Shown: positions 37,085-47,215 of the stretch, piece after piece
Layout: the number at the start of each line of letters is the position of its first letter
How positions within the stretch are numbered: position 1 is the first letter of the stretch
Assembly (NCBI GenBank): GCA_025361205.1
Contig: JANYAS010000079.1
Coordinates: 488-64,487 of the forward strand
From: Holophagaceae bacterium
Lineage (GTDB): Bacteria > Acidobacteriota > Holophagae > Holophagales > Holophagaceae
Length of the DNA stretch: 64,000 nt
Direction: 5' to 3'
Notes under the pieces: model-generated
Databases searched by the model: none
Told to the model about the DNA's origin: nothing
The model's input: the letters and a program-made list of their open reading frames with translations, nothing else
Made by a program: the position numbers and the translations under genes

Positions 37085-37894
37085 TCAGGGCGACCCAGGC
37101 GGCTCCTGGTCGGTGGGAATGCCGACCAGATAGCGGAAAAAGGCCACGGATCGATTCATGGCCGAGGCTTCATGGCCGGCGGTCAAGGCACTCGCATTCT
37201 TGCCGGTGCGCGCAAGGCTGTAGAAACGCCAGACGTCGGGCGACTCGCGGTGAAAGAAGTAGATGGATTGCAGCTCCCCTGGTCGGAACATGGGCCAAAA
37301 AAGGTAGCGGAGGGTGGTGGTGTTTTCGGTCTCGAACACCAGGCTATCGGGACTCACGCTGTGGATGCGCAGGCGGTAGGTAGCCTTGCCTGACATGTTG
37401 TCTTCCTGCCGAAAATATAGAATCCGACCTTCCTTGAGTTCCTCCGGTGCAAAGTCGGTGCGGCTGTGGTCGCCGGCGGGGCCGTCCAACGCGTTGGCTT
37501 GGACCACCAGCGTCTTCCAGCGCTTGGTGGTGGTGGACCAATAGCGCATCCCTGCGAACTCCGAGATGGCCCCCGCCCGCCGCAGCAGGCCGGTGGATCC
37601 GGAGGCTTGGCGGAAGCGTGCCGTCATGGCCACCAGAGAGGTGAAACCCGTTTCCGTCCAGCCGGTGCAGGCAGGAGGCGACCAACTCTGCCCGAGCCCG
37701 GAAGGGTCCAAGGCCATCAGGGTCGGCGGGGCGCCCAGCTCGGGATAAGGCGGGAACGGAGCAGCCCCGCAGGGCGGCTGCAGCCCGGCGACCCCGGGGC
37801 TCGGGGCCTGACCGCCCAGGATCAGCGCGGACAAAGCCAGTGCGGCGAGCCTGGGCCACCTGCGCTGACGCAACTGTGGGGCTGTTGGTATCAC
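37085..37894 (-). CDS. Hypothetical exported protein
   Basis: Signal-like LAALALSALILGG; start estimated at GTG 37894. Confidence 0.6.
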   Translation of the reverse strand: MIPTAPQLRQRRWPRLAALALSALILGGQAPSPGVAGLQPPCGAAPFPPYPELGAPPTLMALDPSGLGQSWSPPACTGWTETGFTSLVAMTARFRQASGSTGLLRRAGAISEFAGMRYWSTTTKRWKTLVVQANALDGPAGDHSRTDFAPEELKEGRILYFRQEDNMSGKATYRLRIHSVSPDSLVFETENTTTLRYLFWPMFRPGELQSIYFFHRESPDVWRFYSLARTGKNASALTAGHEASAMNRSVAFFRYLVGIPTDQEPPGSP

Positions 37895-37968
37895 TGTCCA
37901 TCTCCCGTTTCCTGATCCACACAAGGGCGGGGCCACCTGAGCGGCCCCGATGAACCCCTTAGGCAGCC

Positions 37969-38148
37969 CTACTTGCCCAGAACCTTTTCCACTTCGCCGA
38001 CCTTTTTCTGCACTTTGCCACTGACCTTTTCAACGGTGCCTTCGGCCTCCAGGTTGGGGTTGCCGGTGGCCTTGCCAGCGACCTCCTTAACCTTGCCTTT
38101 GACTTCATGAAGCTTGCCTGCGGCCTGATCCTTCGTGCTTTCCTTCAT
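37969..38148 (-). CDS. csbD: CsbD family general stress protein (59 aa, absent from ORF track)
   Basis: MKESTKDQAAGKLHEVKGKVKEVAGKATGNPNLEAEGTVEKVSGKVQKKVGEVEKVLGK; GGAGG RBS. Confidence 0.9.
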   Translation of the reverse strand: MKESTKDQAAGKLHEVKGKVKEVAGKATGNPNLEAEGTVEKVSGKVQKKVGEVEKVLGK

Positions 38149-38261
38149 GGTGATACCTCCTGGATGGTGAAACGTGAAGGGGGACTTGCATCTTCGATTG
38201 CGCCGGTGGTTCCGGCCGCGCGACCAGGGTGCTTGGGCAGAGCGGGCCGCATCGGAGGGAA

Positions 38262-39125
38262 CTACCGGAGGGTGACTTGCTCAGAGGCTGTCAGGGAAAA
38301 GGTGACGGTGTGGGAGGCTGGAATCCGGATCACGGTGTCGGCGCTGGCGGCCGCGAGGGCGGTTCCCGCGACGGCACCCGCCGCCGCGCCGCCCAGGGCG
38401 TGATCACCCTGGTGGTTCTTGTCAGTGAGCAGGCCCACCAGGGCCCCGATGGCTGCGGTGCCTCCGATATACTTCGCATCGCGCGAGCCGATGGCGTCAC
38501 CCACCACCACGAAGGTGCCCGCGTCCACCCCGTTACGGCCCACGGTGGTCAGACGGATACCCAGCCCGCCCTTGCCACTGGCGAGGCGTCCTGCAGGCAT
38601 GCTTTGGGCCACCACGCCGCTGACGGTGGTGCCCGCAGGCCATGCCACGGTGTTCCCCACCACCACGTCCTCGGCCAGGGTGCCTGTCCAGGGATCCCCG
38701 GCCTGGTCCTTGTCGGTAGCGAGGTCGGCGCCCATGCGGACGGTGATGCGGGCACCGCTGGGTACTTCGACGGTTTTTACCTGGGGGAGCTGGGCCACAG
38801 GCGTGGAGGCCATGGTGGCAGCCTCTTGGCGCCGTTCGCTGGCGCGCTGGCGGGCGTCCGCGAGCTGGCGGTCCAGGGCGCGGATATGGGAGGCCGAGAT
38901 CTGGTTGGTGGTCTCCTGATCGCCGGTCCCGCGATTCTTGCCGGCCTTCATATCGGTCACCTGCTGCTCCAGGGCGGCCACGCGATCGTCCGCCGCCTTT
39001 GCCTGCATCTGGGCCGCGACCTGGGCCTGGACTTTGAGGTCATTGGCCTTCGGTTCGCAGGCGGTGAACCCGCCGACCAGAAGTACCGCGAGCGAGCCTG
39101 TGGTGAGGAGATGTCGGCTGATCAT
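38262..39125 (-). CDS. Lipoprotein with coiled coil, TrbI/VirB10-like beta domain and glycine zipper
   Basis: Lipobox FTAC; VPSGARITVRM...GD.W.GTLAEDVVV; IGGTAAIGALVG..ALGGAAAGA. Confidence 0.65.
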   Translation of the reverse strand: MISRHLLTTGSLAVLLVGGFTACEPKANDLKVQAQVAAQMQAKAADDRVAALEQQVTDMKAGKNRGTGDQETTNQISASHIRALDRQLADARQRASERRQEAATMASTPVAQLPQVKTVEVPSGARITVRMGADLATDKDQAGDPWTGTLAEDVVVGNTVAWPAGTTVSGVVAQSMPAGRLASGKGGLGIRLTTVGRNGVDAGTFVVVGDAIGSRDAKYIGGTAAIGALVGLLTDKNHQGDHALGGAAAGAVAGTALAAASADTVIRIPASHTVTFSLTASEQVTLR

Positions 39126-39565
39126 GTCTGCTCCTTAAGCAGGAAGGGTGGGCGGATGGTGTCCTGTAAGGGGACCGCCTGTTGTGGGTTCGGGGTGGCC
39201 TCACGAGTGGTGGACGCCCTGGCAACCGTTGAATCTGATGATCTCGATGACAGACCTTGAGGCTACGGCTTCCTACAGCGGGTTCTGTGCCAAGAACGCA
39301 ACCACAGTATCGTCATGGCTTATGCAATGTAATGAACACAGGCCAACCTTCGCGGTGCATCAAACTGAAGGTGGCAATCTTCAATTTGAGGGTCTTGGCG
39401 AGGGACCGGTGGTGGAGCAGTCCGGCGAGGTGGGCACCCAGGCAGCCACCGGCGCGTCCTCCCGATAGGGGTCGAGGGCTCGGTCACCTGGGTACGGAAG
39501 TTGGTGTTGAGCCACTGCCTGAGTCAAAAAAACCGTAATGGAAGGCCTCCAACTAGACTGGATCC

Positions 39566-40216
39566 ATGACCTCTATAGCCACCGACTGTGAACGTCTCAC
39601 CCCGGCTGATGGTTTGGCTTTCTCGAACCTGTATTCGATTTACGTGGAAGCGATCCCAGAGAGAGAACGCAAGACCCGGGACCAAATCGAGGGCCTTCTC
39701 TTGAGACCTGATTACCAGACCCTGGTGATCAAGGCGGATAGGGAGCTGGTCGGATTCAGCATTCTGTTTCTACCTCTGAACAGCCCGTTCTTCCTGCTGG
39801 AGTACATGGCCATCAAGCTCTCCAGGCGGAGCCATGGATTCGGGTCAGAATTGCTCAAAAGGACATTCAAGGCAGGCTTCTCCGACCCGAATCGCAGCTG
39901 CTGTCTGATTGAAGTGGATCGACCCTGCGTGGGCCACCCTGACCGGGAATCCCAAGAACGACGCCAGCGTTTTTATCGAAGCCATGGCTGCCTTGCGGTG
40001 GAGGGACTTTCTTATGTCTTGCCCTTGCCCGGAGCCACCCCACCGCCCGCCATGGACCTCATGGTCCGTTTCCCATCGCCGCCAGCACCTCTGGGGCGCT
40101 CGTTGGTCGAAGACTGGTTGAGGACCCTATACATGGGGGTCTATGGATGTCCTTCTTCGGACCGCAGAATTCATGAAATGCTGAAGACCGTCTCGGATCC
40201 AATTCGGCTTATCTGA
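39566..40216 (+). CDS. GNAT family N-acetyltransferase
   Basis: LLEYMAIKLSRRSHGFGSELL; RRQRFYRSHG. Confidence 0.75.
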   Translation: MTSIATDCERLTPADGLAFSNLYSIYVEAIPERERKTRDQIEGLLLRPDYQTLVIKADRELVGFSILFLPLNSPFFLLEYMAIKLSRRSHGFGSELLKRTFKAGFSDPNRSCCLIEVDRPCVGHPDRESQERRQRFYRSHGCLAVEGLSYVLPLPGATPPPAMDLMVRFPSPPAPLGRSLVEDWLRTLYMGVYGCPSSDRRIHEMLKTVSDPIRLI

Positions 40217-40234
40217 GGTCACTGGGGGTTACCT

Positions 40235-40693
40235 GTGTGGAAAGTGCTGATGCATCCCGACTATGCGACATTTTGGACGGCGATTGGTGCGATGAGCACA
40301 GGACTGGCGGCCATTCTTGGGGCGATCGCACTGCTTTACACCATCTCGGCGTTCCGCAAAACCATGAAGACCAACCACTACACAAGTCTTGACACCATGT
40401 ACATGACCATCTTGAACATGACCCTGGAGAGGCCCCACCTCAAGACCCCCCGAGGGGTGAAGGACGAAATTCAGAAATCTGAATACGACACCTTTGCCTA
40501 TATTCTCTGGAACTTCCTGGAATCCATCTACGACCACTGCCTAGAGGACAAGCACTTGCAGTCCACGTGGTACCCGGCGATCAGCGCTGAAAGCAAGGTC
40601 CACCAGGCCTGGCTGGAGGAGCCCGAAAATCGGACCAAGTTTAAGAAGGACTTCTGCCGATTCATCCGCGATGGTTGCTTCGACGCGCAATGA
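40235..40693 (+). CDS. Hypothetical protein with N-terminal TM helix
   Basis: WTAIGAMSTGLAAILGAIALLY followed by a helical soluble domain. Confidence 0.65.
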   Translation: MWKVLMHPDYATFWTAIGAMSTGLAAILGAIALLYTISAFRKTMKTNHYTSLDTMYMTILNMTLERPHLKTPRGVKDEIQKSEYDTFAYILWNFLESIYDHCLEDKHLQSTWYPAISAESKVHQAWLEEPENRTKFKKDFCRFIRDGCFDAQ

Positions 40694-41140
40694 ACCTCAT
40701 GCAAGGCACTGCGATTTTCGTAATGGACCCTGCCACCGGCAACGTTCCAGGAAGTGACTCAGGGGCGAGTTCCACCCGAGCGTAAGCCATCACTAGGCGG
40801 AATAACCACCTGCTCATCCAATTTAATCGGGACGGCGAGCCCGACACCATTGCGAGACTTACGGAGTTGGGCCGAGGCTTCTACGGAGCCGCCTTCCGTC
40901 CCCACGCAGGGCGCCGGGAACCACTACCGGGATCAAGGCCCCTCGTGGAGATGGCCGAACTCGTCACCCCCATGCTGGACCTGTATCTGCAGCCATACTG
41001 AATTGAGGACACTTTAGAGATGATGCACTAGCGGGCGGGAGGGACGTCATGAGTGCCCTCTGAACTGGACATTCTTCAGATAGGTGTAAATCATTTCGTC
41101 ATGGGCACAACGGTTTCGCCGCACGCAAGGAGGACCGGCC

Positions 41141-43294
41141 ATGGTCGATCAGCCTGAGCACGGGACGAGTAAGGAGGTCTCCGCTGGGAAGGGGTATCCC
41201 CTCGGCGCAAACATCACTCCTGAGGGCGTGAACTTCGCCCTCTACTCCCATAACGCCAGCCAGGTTTTCCTGCTCCTCTTCGATCGGCCCGACAGCCTGC
41301 CTTCGGATGTGATCAAGATCGAGAACCGCACTCGTTTCGTTTGGCATGTGTGGGTCCACGGGCTCAAAGCGGGACAGCTCTACGGTTTCAAGGTGCAAGG
41401 TGAGTTCGACCCCGCCAGGGGCTTGCGCTTCAACGACCAAAAATTGTTGATGGACCCTTACGCAAAGGCGCTGACGGGAAAGTTCAAGAATAGGGGCAAC
41501 CTTCTCTTAGCCTATGACGTGGAGGCTTCGTCACAGGACCTTTCCAAGGATCTCCGGGACAACACGTTGATTGTTCCCAAATCGATCGTCATCGACGATC
41601 AATTCGATTGGCAGGGAGACCTGCCCCCGGGCCTTCCGCTCGAACAACTGGTCATCTATGAAGTGCACGTCAAAGGTTTCACTGCTCACCCTTCTTCCCG
41701 GGTGAACCACAGCGGCACCTACCTGGGCTTCATCGAGAAGATCCCTCACCTCAAAGGCCTCGGCATCAATGCCGTGGAACTGCTTCCGGTCCATGAACAT
41801 GTTGTGGAGGACTTTCTGCAGGACAAGGGGCTCACGAACTACTGGGGTTACAACACCATCGGGTTCTTCGCGCCCGAGTCCTCCTACGGCACGGGCGCCG
41901 CCCCCGGGGTCCAGGTGGCGGAATTCAAGACCTTGGTCCGGGAGCTCCATCGTGCGGGCATCGAAGTGATCCTGGATGTGGTGTTCAATCACACTGCGGA
42001 GGGGAACGAGCGAGGCCCTACGATCTGCTACCGGGGGATCGACAATCCGTCCTACTACCTCCTGACGGGAGGGGAGCCGGAGCCGGGCCGGTACTACATG
42101 AACTACACCGGCTGCGGAAACTGCGTGAACCTCGCGAGTCCGCCTGCCACTGGCCTGGTGATGGACAGCCTGCGGTACTGGGTGGAGCAGATGCATGTGG
42201 ACGGTTTCCGGTTCGACCTGGCTTCGGTCCTCGGGCGAGAAGCCGGGTCCTTTCGGCGGTCGGCGTCGTTCTTCAACGTGGTCGCGCAAGACCCGGTGCT
42301 GGCGCGGGTGAAGCTCATTGCCGAGCCCTGGGACCTCGGGGACGACGAGGTTGGGAACTTCCCTGTGGATTGGTCGGAGTGGAACGGCCGGTTCCGGGAC
42401 ACCTTGCGGAGGTTCGAGAAGGGGGACGGCGGACAGCTTCCCGAAATAGGTTGGCGGCTCACCGGCTCCGCTGATCTCTATGGCGATGATGGCCGCTCAC
42501 CCTACAACAGCATCAATTTCATCACGTGCCACGACGGTTTTACACTTGGCGATCTGGTGTCCTACAACGAGAAGCACAACGATGCGAATGGCGAAGGAAA
42601 CCGGGACGGATCGAATGACAACCTGTCCTGGAATTGCGGCATAGAAGGTGAGACTTCGGCTCCCGACATACTCGGACTCCGCATGCAGCTCGCGAAGAAC
42701 CACCTCTGCGCGCTCCTCTTTGCGTCGGGTACGCCCATGCTGCTCGGTGGCGACGAGTTCCTGCGCACCCAGAAAGGCAACAACAACGCCTACTGTCAGG
42801 ACAACAACGTCAGTTGGTTCGACTGGAATGAGGCCGCGAAGAATCGCGATATGGTGGATTTCGTCCGGAAGGCCATCGCCTTCACCCGGCATTGCCCCAT
42901 TCTGCAGCGCCAGAAATACTTTGCCGGCACGGATGGCGACGGCAACAGGATTCCCGATCTGCAATGGTTCGGAACCAACCTCGATGACCTTGCGTGGAAC
43001 GATCCCGAGGCGCGGACCCTTTGCTACCAGCTCGACGGCGCTGAAGCGGGGGGGGACTATCTGCTGTTCCTGATCTTGAACGCGGACCACCAACTCCAAG
43101 CGATCCGCATCCCCCCTCCGCTTGCTGGGGGGAATTGGCGACGGGTGATCGACACCAGCCTGCCCATGGGACAGGATTTCAGCGAGCCCGGTCAAGAATT
43201 CCTGCTCGCTCCCCAGGACCATTACCTGGCCAATCCGAGAAGCACGGTGGTGCTTATCTGTAGGCCTGAGCAGGCCATGGTCCAGACACCATGA
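41141..43294 (+). CDS. glgX: Glycogen debranching enzyme (isoamylase, GH13)
   Basis: YPLGA, LMDPYAK, NYWGYNT, DGFRFDLAS, LIAEPWD, ITCHDGFTL, GNNNAYCQDN. Confidence 0.95.
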   Translation: MVDQPEHGTSKEVSAGKGYPLGANITPEGVNFALYSHNASQVFLLLFDRPDSLPSDVIKIENRTRFVWHVWVHGLKAGQLYGFKVQGEFDPARGLRFNDQKLLMDPYAKALTGKFKNRGNLLLAYDVEASSQDLSKDLRDNTLIVPKSIVIDDQFDWQGDLPPGLPLEQLVIYEVHVKGFTAHPSSRVNHSGTYLGFIEKIPHLKGLGINAVELLPVHEHVVEDFLQDKGLTNYWGYNTIGFFAPESSYGTGAAPGVQVAEFKTLVRELHRAGIEVILDVVFNHTAEGNERGPTICYRGIDNPSYYLLTGGEPEPGRYYMNYTGCGNCVNLASPPATGLVMDSLRYWVEQMHVDGFRFDLASVLGREAGSFRRSASFFNVVAQDPVLARVKLIAEPWDLGDDEVGNFPVDWSEWNGRFRDTLRRFEKGDGGQLPEIGWRLTGSADLYGDDGRSPYNSINFITCHDGFTLGDLVSYNEKHNDANGEGNRDGSNDNLSWNCGIEGETSAPDILGLRMQLAKNHLCALLFASGTPMLLGGDEFLRTQKGNNNAYCQDNNVSWFDWNEAAKNRDMVDFVRKAIAFTRHCPILQRQKYFAGTDGDGNRIPDLQWFGTNLDDLAWNDPEARTLCYQLDGAEAGGDYLLFLILNADHQLQAIRIPPPLAGGNWRRVIDTSLPMGQDFSEPGQEFLLAPQDHYLANPRSTVVLICRPEQAMVQTP

Positions 43295-43373
43295 GGCTGT
43301 CTGATCGCGTGCTACTGCCGTTGAAGATGGCGGTATTTCGGATGAAGGAGCGGTTCTGAACTGGACGAATTTG

Positions 43374-44282
43374 ATGCGATCCCGCCGTGATAGGTGCCGT
43401 TGCCCGGTGCTCGTGAGGCTGGGCTTGATTCTGGGTCTGGCCGCTTCGGGCCAAGCCCAGAGCACCTTCGCCACCTGTCCCCCGCTGCCGACTGGGGTCG
43501 CGTCCGTCACCGTTCTCGATAGCAAGGGCCGGTACGTGGGTCGAATCCCTTCCCAGAAACGCTACTGGGTCCCCCTCGACCGGATTCCAGTCTTCCTTCA
43601 ACAGGCCCTGCTGGCGGTGGAGGATGCCAGGTTCTACGAGCACGGGGAATCGATTTCCGCAGCATCGCCCGAGCTGCGGTCAAGGATGTCATCAAGGGAA
43701 GCATGGCTTAAGGGGGTTCGACCATCACCCAACAGCTGATCAAGAACAAGTTCCTGACTTCAGCCCGCACCCTCGACCGGAAGCTCGATGAGGCCAGCAT
43801 GGCCCTCGAGTTCGAGAAGCAGTACACCAAAGGGCAGATCCTGGAAATGTACTTCAACGAGATCTATTTCGGGAACGGCGCTCAGGGTATCGTTCAAGCC
43901 GCCCGCCTCTACTTCGACAAGAGCCCCGAAGAATTGGCCGATGGCGAAGGCCTACTCCTGGCGGGTGTGCCCAAGAATCCGGGGCGCTACAACCCCTTTG
44001 GGAAAGGGGTCGATGTGGCCGAGCGGGAGGGATATCGTCCTCAAACGCATGGAGGACCTCCAGCTCCTTACGCCCCAGCGGCGACTGGCACTCCAGGCCC
44101 ACGGCGCAGCCGCGCGTCCCCTGGGACTGGCCCCGCAGTATCTGGCCCAGATCCGAACGCAGCTGATCGCGCGCTTGGGGGCTGACGCAGTCGAGCAGGG
44201 GGGTCTGGAGGTGATCGCCGCCCTCGATCTGGACCTGCAAAAAAGGGCGGAACAGACCCTGCGAGATAGCGTCAAGCGCCTC
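43374..44282 (+). pseudogene. Class A PBP (transglycosylase) pseudogene, transpeptidase part lost
   Basis: LAVEDARFYEH | frameshift | GIDFRSIARA..SMA*GGSTITQQLIKN (in-frame TAA) ... ILEMYFNEIYFG | frameshift | RDIVLKRM...TLRDSVKRL. Confidence 0.85.
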
Positions 44283-44522
44283 CCCTGCCCAGTCTGCGGC
44301 CTAGCATCCAAGGTGCATGACACCGAGGAGAAGTCCTGGCGCCATCTGGACTTCTTTCAGCATTCGGCCTATCTCACGGCCCGCGTGCCCCGCTGCAAGT
44401 GCGACGAGCACGGCGTCAAGCAGGTCAACCTCATCACTATCGCTTACCTCATCGCAGGCAAACTTACCTTCAACCTGGCACCCCTATAACCCTCCACTAC
44501 CCACACGATCTGAGGAGGAACC
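44283..44522 (+). mobile_element. Internally deleted ISL3-family element remnant
   Basis: zf-ISL3 CPVCG...HDTEEKSWRHLDFFQH.AYLTARVPRCKCDEHG joined to transposase tail NLITIAYLIAGKL; right end CTACCCACACGATCTGAGGAGGAACC. Confidence 0.8.
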
Positions 44523-44609
44523 GACCTTCCGCTTTGCCCTTCAGCTCGTCGTTCTTACCCTCGCGTTTCAGTTCCTTGTTGCCGGTAACCCAACGCGGCT
44601 CGGTTCCCA

Positions 44610-45296
44610 TCACGCCTGGAGTAGGGAAGGCTCCCGTTCACCCAGTAGCAGCCTGTTTTTCGGCGTGATATCCCCTGGAATCAGTTGGGTGAACACACGG
44701 TACCCGTTAGAGCGTAGGCGGGCCACACGAGCGGCATCCATGGCCAGCTGACCATCCATCCAGCCCTCCAGCCCCCCGAGATCGGCATGATCGAGGTCGT
44801 GGCAGCAGGGCAGAACAGCCACGCGGGCCCCGACCTCCACCGCCCTTGCCAGGATCAAGTCGGTCAGCCCACCGCAGGCGTGCGCCGAGACTACAACATC
44901 CTGCCGCTCCAACGGCAAGTCCTGCAGGTCGGTCTCCAGGAAATGGACCCTGCCTTGCAGGCGCGGCCAGGCTTGACTCAGCGCGGCATGCAAGGTCGCA
45001 GCACTTTTTGGAAGGCTTTGGTCCACGGCCAAGGCTTCCGGGGAAGTGTCGTCCAGCAGCAGGAGGATTTGCGCCAGCAGTCCATGTCCACAGGCAAGGT
45101 CGATGATCCGCCCCCCTCTGAATCGGCGGCGCACCCTGCGAGCGACCTCCCACGCCTCGAAAAGTTCCTTCCGCGGCAGGCAACCCGCTCGGCAGGCCGC
45201 CCTGGCGATGGCGTCGAACAGAGACACTCCTCCGAACAATGGGAGGCTGCGTTCCGTCAGTCGATTGCGGGACGAGTGGTCCATAGGGCTTTTCAT
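44610..45296 (-). CDS. SAM-dependent methyltransferase (Methyltransf_32-like)
   Basis: IIDLACGHGLL; VVSAHACGGLTD; VAVLPCCH. Confidence 0.85.
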   Translation of the reverse strand: MKSPMDHSSRNRLTERSLPLFGGVSLFDAIARAACRAGCLPRKELFEAWEVARRVRRRFRGGRIIDLACGHGLLAQILLLLDDTSPEALAVDQSLPKSAATLHAALSQAWPRLQGRVHFLETDLQDLPLERQDVVVSAHACGGLTDLILARAVEVGARVAVLPCCHDLDHADLGGLEGWMDGQLAMDAARVARLRSNGYRVFTQLIPGDITPKNRLLLGEREPSLLQA

Positions 45297-45408
45297 TTCC
45301 CATCGTGTATAGCAGGCGTCTGGGGGTCAACGCGTGCGAGTAGGCCGGTCGGAGTGGCCTCGACTGGAACCCAAGGCAGCAGAGGATCATCCACGGCTTC
45401 CAGATGAA

Positions 45409-45861
45409 TCATGACCCGCTAAAATCGACTTCGTTGGGAAGCTCATCCTTGTCGGAATCTTTCTGATAGGGGAAGTGCTCGGCCAATCGCTCGCCCAACA
45501 GGGTGATACCTCGCTCAAGCCCTTCGGTGTAATTCAACCGACTGAAATGGTCGGAGAGGCAGGCGACGAGGTCGTTCCAGAAGGCCTGCCCCACCTTGGC
45601 GTGGATGCCTTCGTCCCCGACGACAGCAAAGCGTTTCCGGCTGGGGACCAGGAAGATCAGGATTCCATTGCGATCCTTGGTGGCCTCCATGCCCATGCGG
45701 CGGAAGGCCTTCTGGGCGGTCTTCTGGACATCGCCCACGAAGAAGGGGGCGACGGAAATCCGGATCTCGCCGGAAGTGCTGATTTCGGCCGCCTGGATGG
45801 CACGGACGATTCGTGCTTCATCCAAGTGCTCCCTCAGGCTTTTCTGTGTCATTCCCCACAT
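45409..45861 (-). CDS. TPM domain protein
   Basis: AIQAAEISTSGEIRISV...RNGILIFLV...GDEGIHAKVG...NELP. Confidence 0.85.
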   Translation of the reverse strand: MWGMTQKSLREHLDEARIVRAIQAAEISTSGEIRISVAPFFVGDVQKTAQKAFRRMGMEATKDRNGILIFLVPSRKRFAVVGDEGIHAKVGQAFWNDLVACLSDHFSRLNYTEGLERGITLLGERLAEHFPYQKDSDKDELPNEVDFSGS

Positions 45862-45878
45862 GGAGAATCCCCCTTGTC

Positions 45879-46601
45879 TCACCATGATCCAGAGGCCCCA
45901 CCACCACCGGACCTGCCGCCGCCGCCCGACCATCCGCCGCCGCCGGAACCGCCGCCGCCTCTCCCTCCCGACATGAGGCTGAATAACAGCCCGATGGCCA
46001 GGCTCGGATTCGTGACGATCAGTACCAGCAATCCCAGCGCCATGAAGCCCAGGAGAATCTTTGTGCCGAGGCCCATGGGAGGGCTGCGGGGATGGGAAGA
46101 CGCGTCTTGGCCTCCTGGGGCGCGGGTCTCTCCTCCCAGGGTGCCCAGGATGCGATCCACTCCTGCTGTTGCGGCGCCATCCCAATCGCCCGACTGAAGC
46201 TTCGGCACGATGGCTTCCGACAGGATGCGGGAAGCGATGAGATCCGGCATTTGTCCTTCCAGTCCGTACCCCACCTCAAGGCGGAGCTTGTGGTCCTGGG
46301 TCATGAGGAAGAGCACCAAGCCGTCGTCCAGACCCTTGCGCCCCACCTTCCAAGCAGCAAAGGTGCGCACCGCCCAGTCTTCAATGGGAACGCCCCCGGT
46401 GCTTTCGCCGATCCAGACCAGTACCTGATGCCCCGTCGTCTTTTCGTAGGCGGCCAGACGTCGGTCCAGCGCCACACGCGTTTCGAGGGAGAGTACGTGC
46501 GGTCCATCGGTCACCCATCGCTGGGGTGGGGGCACGGCCGTCTGAGCCCTCAGACCAGACTGGAGCAGGAGCCACAGCAGAAGGGCGACAAATTTGGGCA
46601 T
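45879..46601 (-). CDS. TPM domain protein (YgcG-like) with Gly-rich tail
   Basis: WVTDGPHVLS, WKVGRKGLDDGLV, RLEVGYGLEG, GGGRSGGGGASGSW. Confidence 0.88.
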   Translation of the reverse strand: MPKFVALLLWLLLQSGLRAQTAVPPPQRWVTDGPHVLSLETRVALDRRLAAYEKTTGHQVLVWIGESTGGVPIEDWAVRTFAAWKVGRKGLDDGLVLFLMTQDHKLRLEVGYGLEGQMPDLIASRILSEAIVPKLQSGDWDGAATAGVDRILGTLGGETRAPGGQDASSHPRSPPMGLGTKILLGFMALGLLVLIVTNPSLAIGLLFSLMSGGRGGGGSGGGGWSGGGGRSGGGGASGSW

Positions 46602-46603
46602 GT

Positions 46604-47215
46604 TCAGAACTTGACTTTGGGAGCCTGTTCAGCCCCGGCCTGGGCTTTGAAGTAGGTCTTCTCCTTGAACCGATCGCCAAAGAAGGAAGCGATGAGCATG
46701 GTCGGGAAGCTGTTGCGCTTGGTGTTGAAAGCCTGGGCCGCCTCGTTGAAGCGCATCCGCTCCACGGCAATGCGATTCTCAGTGCCCTCCAACTGGACCT
46801 GGAGATCCCTGAAATTCTGGGTGGCCTTCAGGTCGGGGTATTTTTCCACCACCACCATTAGGCGGGAGAGGGCTGATCCGAGTCCCTGTTGTGCCTCCTG
46901 GAATCGCGCCATGGCAGCCGGGTCCTGGGTGGGCTTCACCCCAGCCGTCACTTGACCGACCTTGGCTCGCGCTTCCGTAACGGCGGTGAAGGTGTCCTTC
47001 TCGAAGGCTGCGGCGCCCTTGACGGTCTCCACCAAGTTTGGTACCAGGTCCAGGCGGCGCTGATAGACATTCTCGACTTGGCCCCATTTGGCCTCAACGG
47101 CCTGATTCAGACTGTTCAAGGAGTTGTAGGAACCCACAGTGGCCAAGCCCAGAAAGAGCACGACCAGTAGGAATAGTCCCCCACAACCCAAGGCAATCTT
47201 GCTTCCAGTTCCCAT
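46604..47215 (-). CDS. lemA: LemA family protein
   Basis: YQRRLDLVPNLVETVKG, YPDLKATQNF, LEGTENRIAVER; ATG 47215 behind GGAGG. Confidence 0.93.
   Translation of the reverse strand: MGTGSKIALGCGGLFLLVVLFLGLATVGSYNSLNSLNQAVEAKWGQVENVYQRRLDLVPNLVETVKGAAAFEKDTFTAVTEARAKVGQVTAGVKPTQDPAAMARFQEAQQGLGSALSRLMVVVEKYPDLKATQNFRDLQVQLEGTENRIAVERMRFNEAAQAFNTKRNSFPTMLIASFFGDRFKEKTYFKAQAGAEQAPKVKF

Noticed and set aside
39140-39560. Short ORFs/possible remnants upstream of the second GNAT
   Set aside because: No recognisable motif or RBS; cannot be supported.
40700-41100. Intergenic ORFs 40662-40850 and 40754-41017
   Set aside because: No motifs, atypical composition; left unannotated.
43788-44489. 233-aa ORF as a real zinc-finger protein
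   Set aside because: Chimera of a PBP pseudogene and ISL3 fragments.
45409-47215. lemA-TPM-TPM cluster as novel
   Set aside because: A widely conserved, known gene arrangement.
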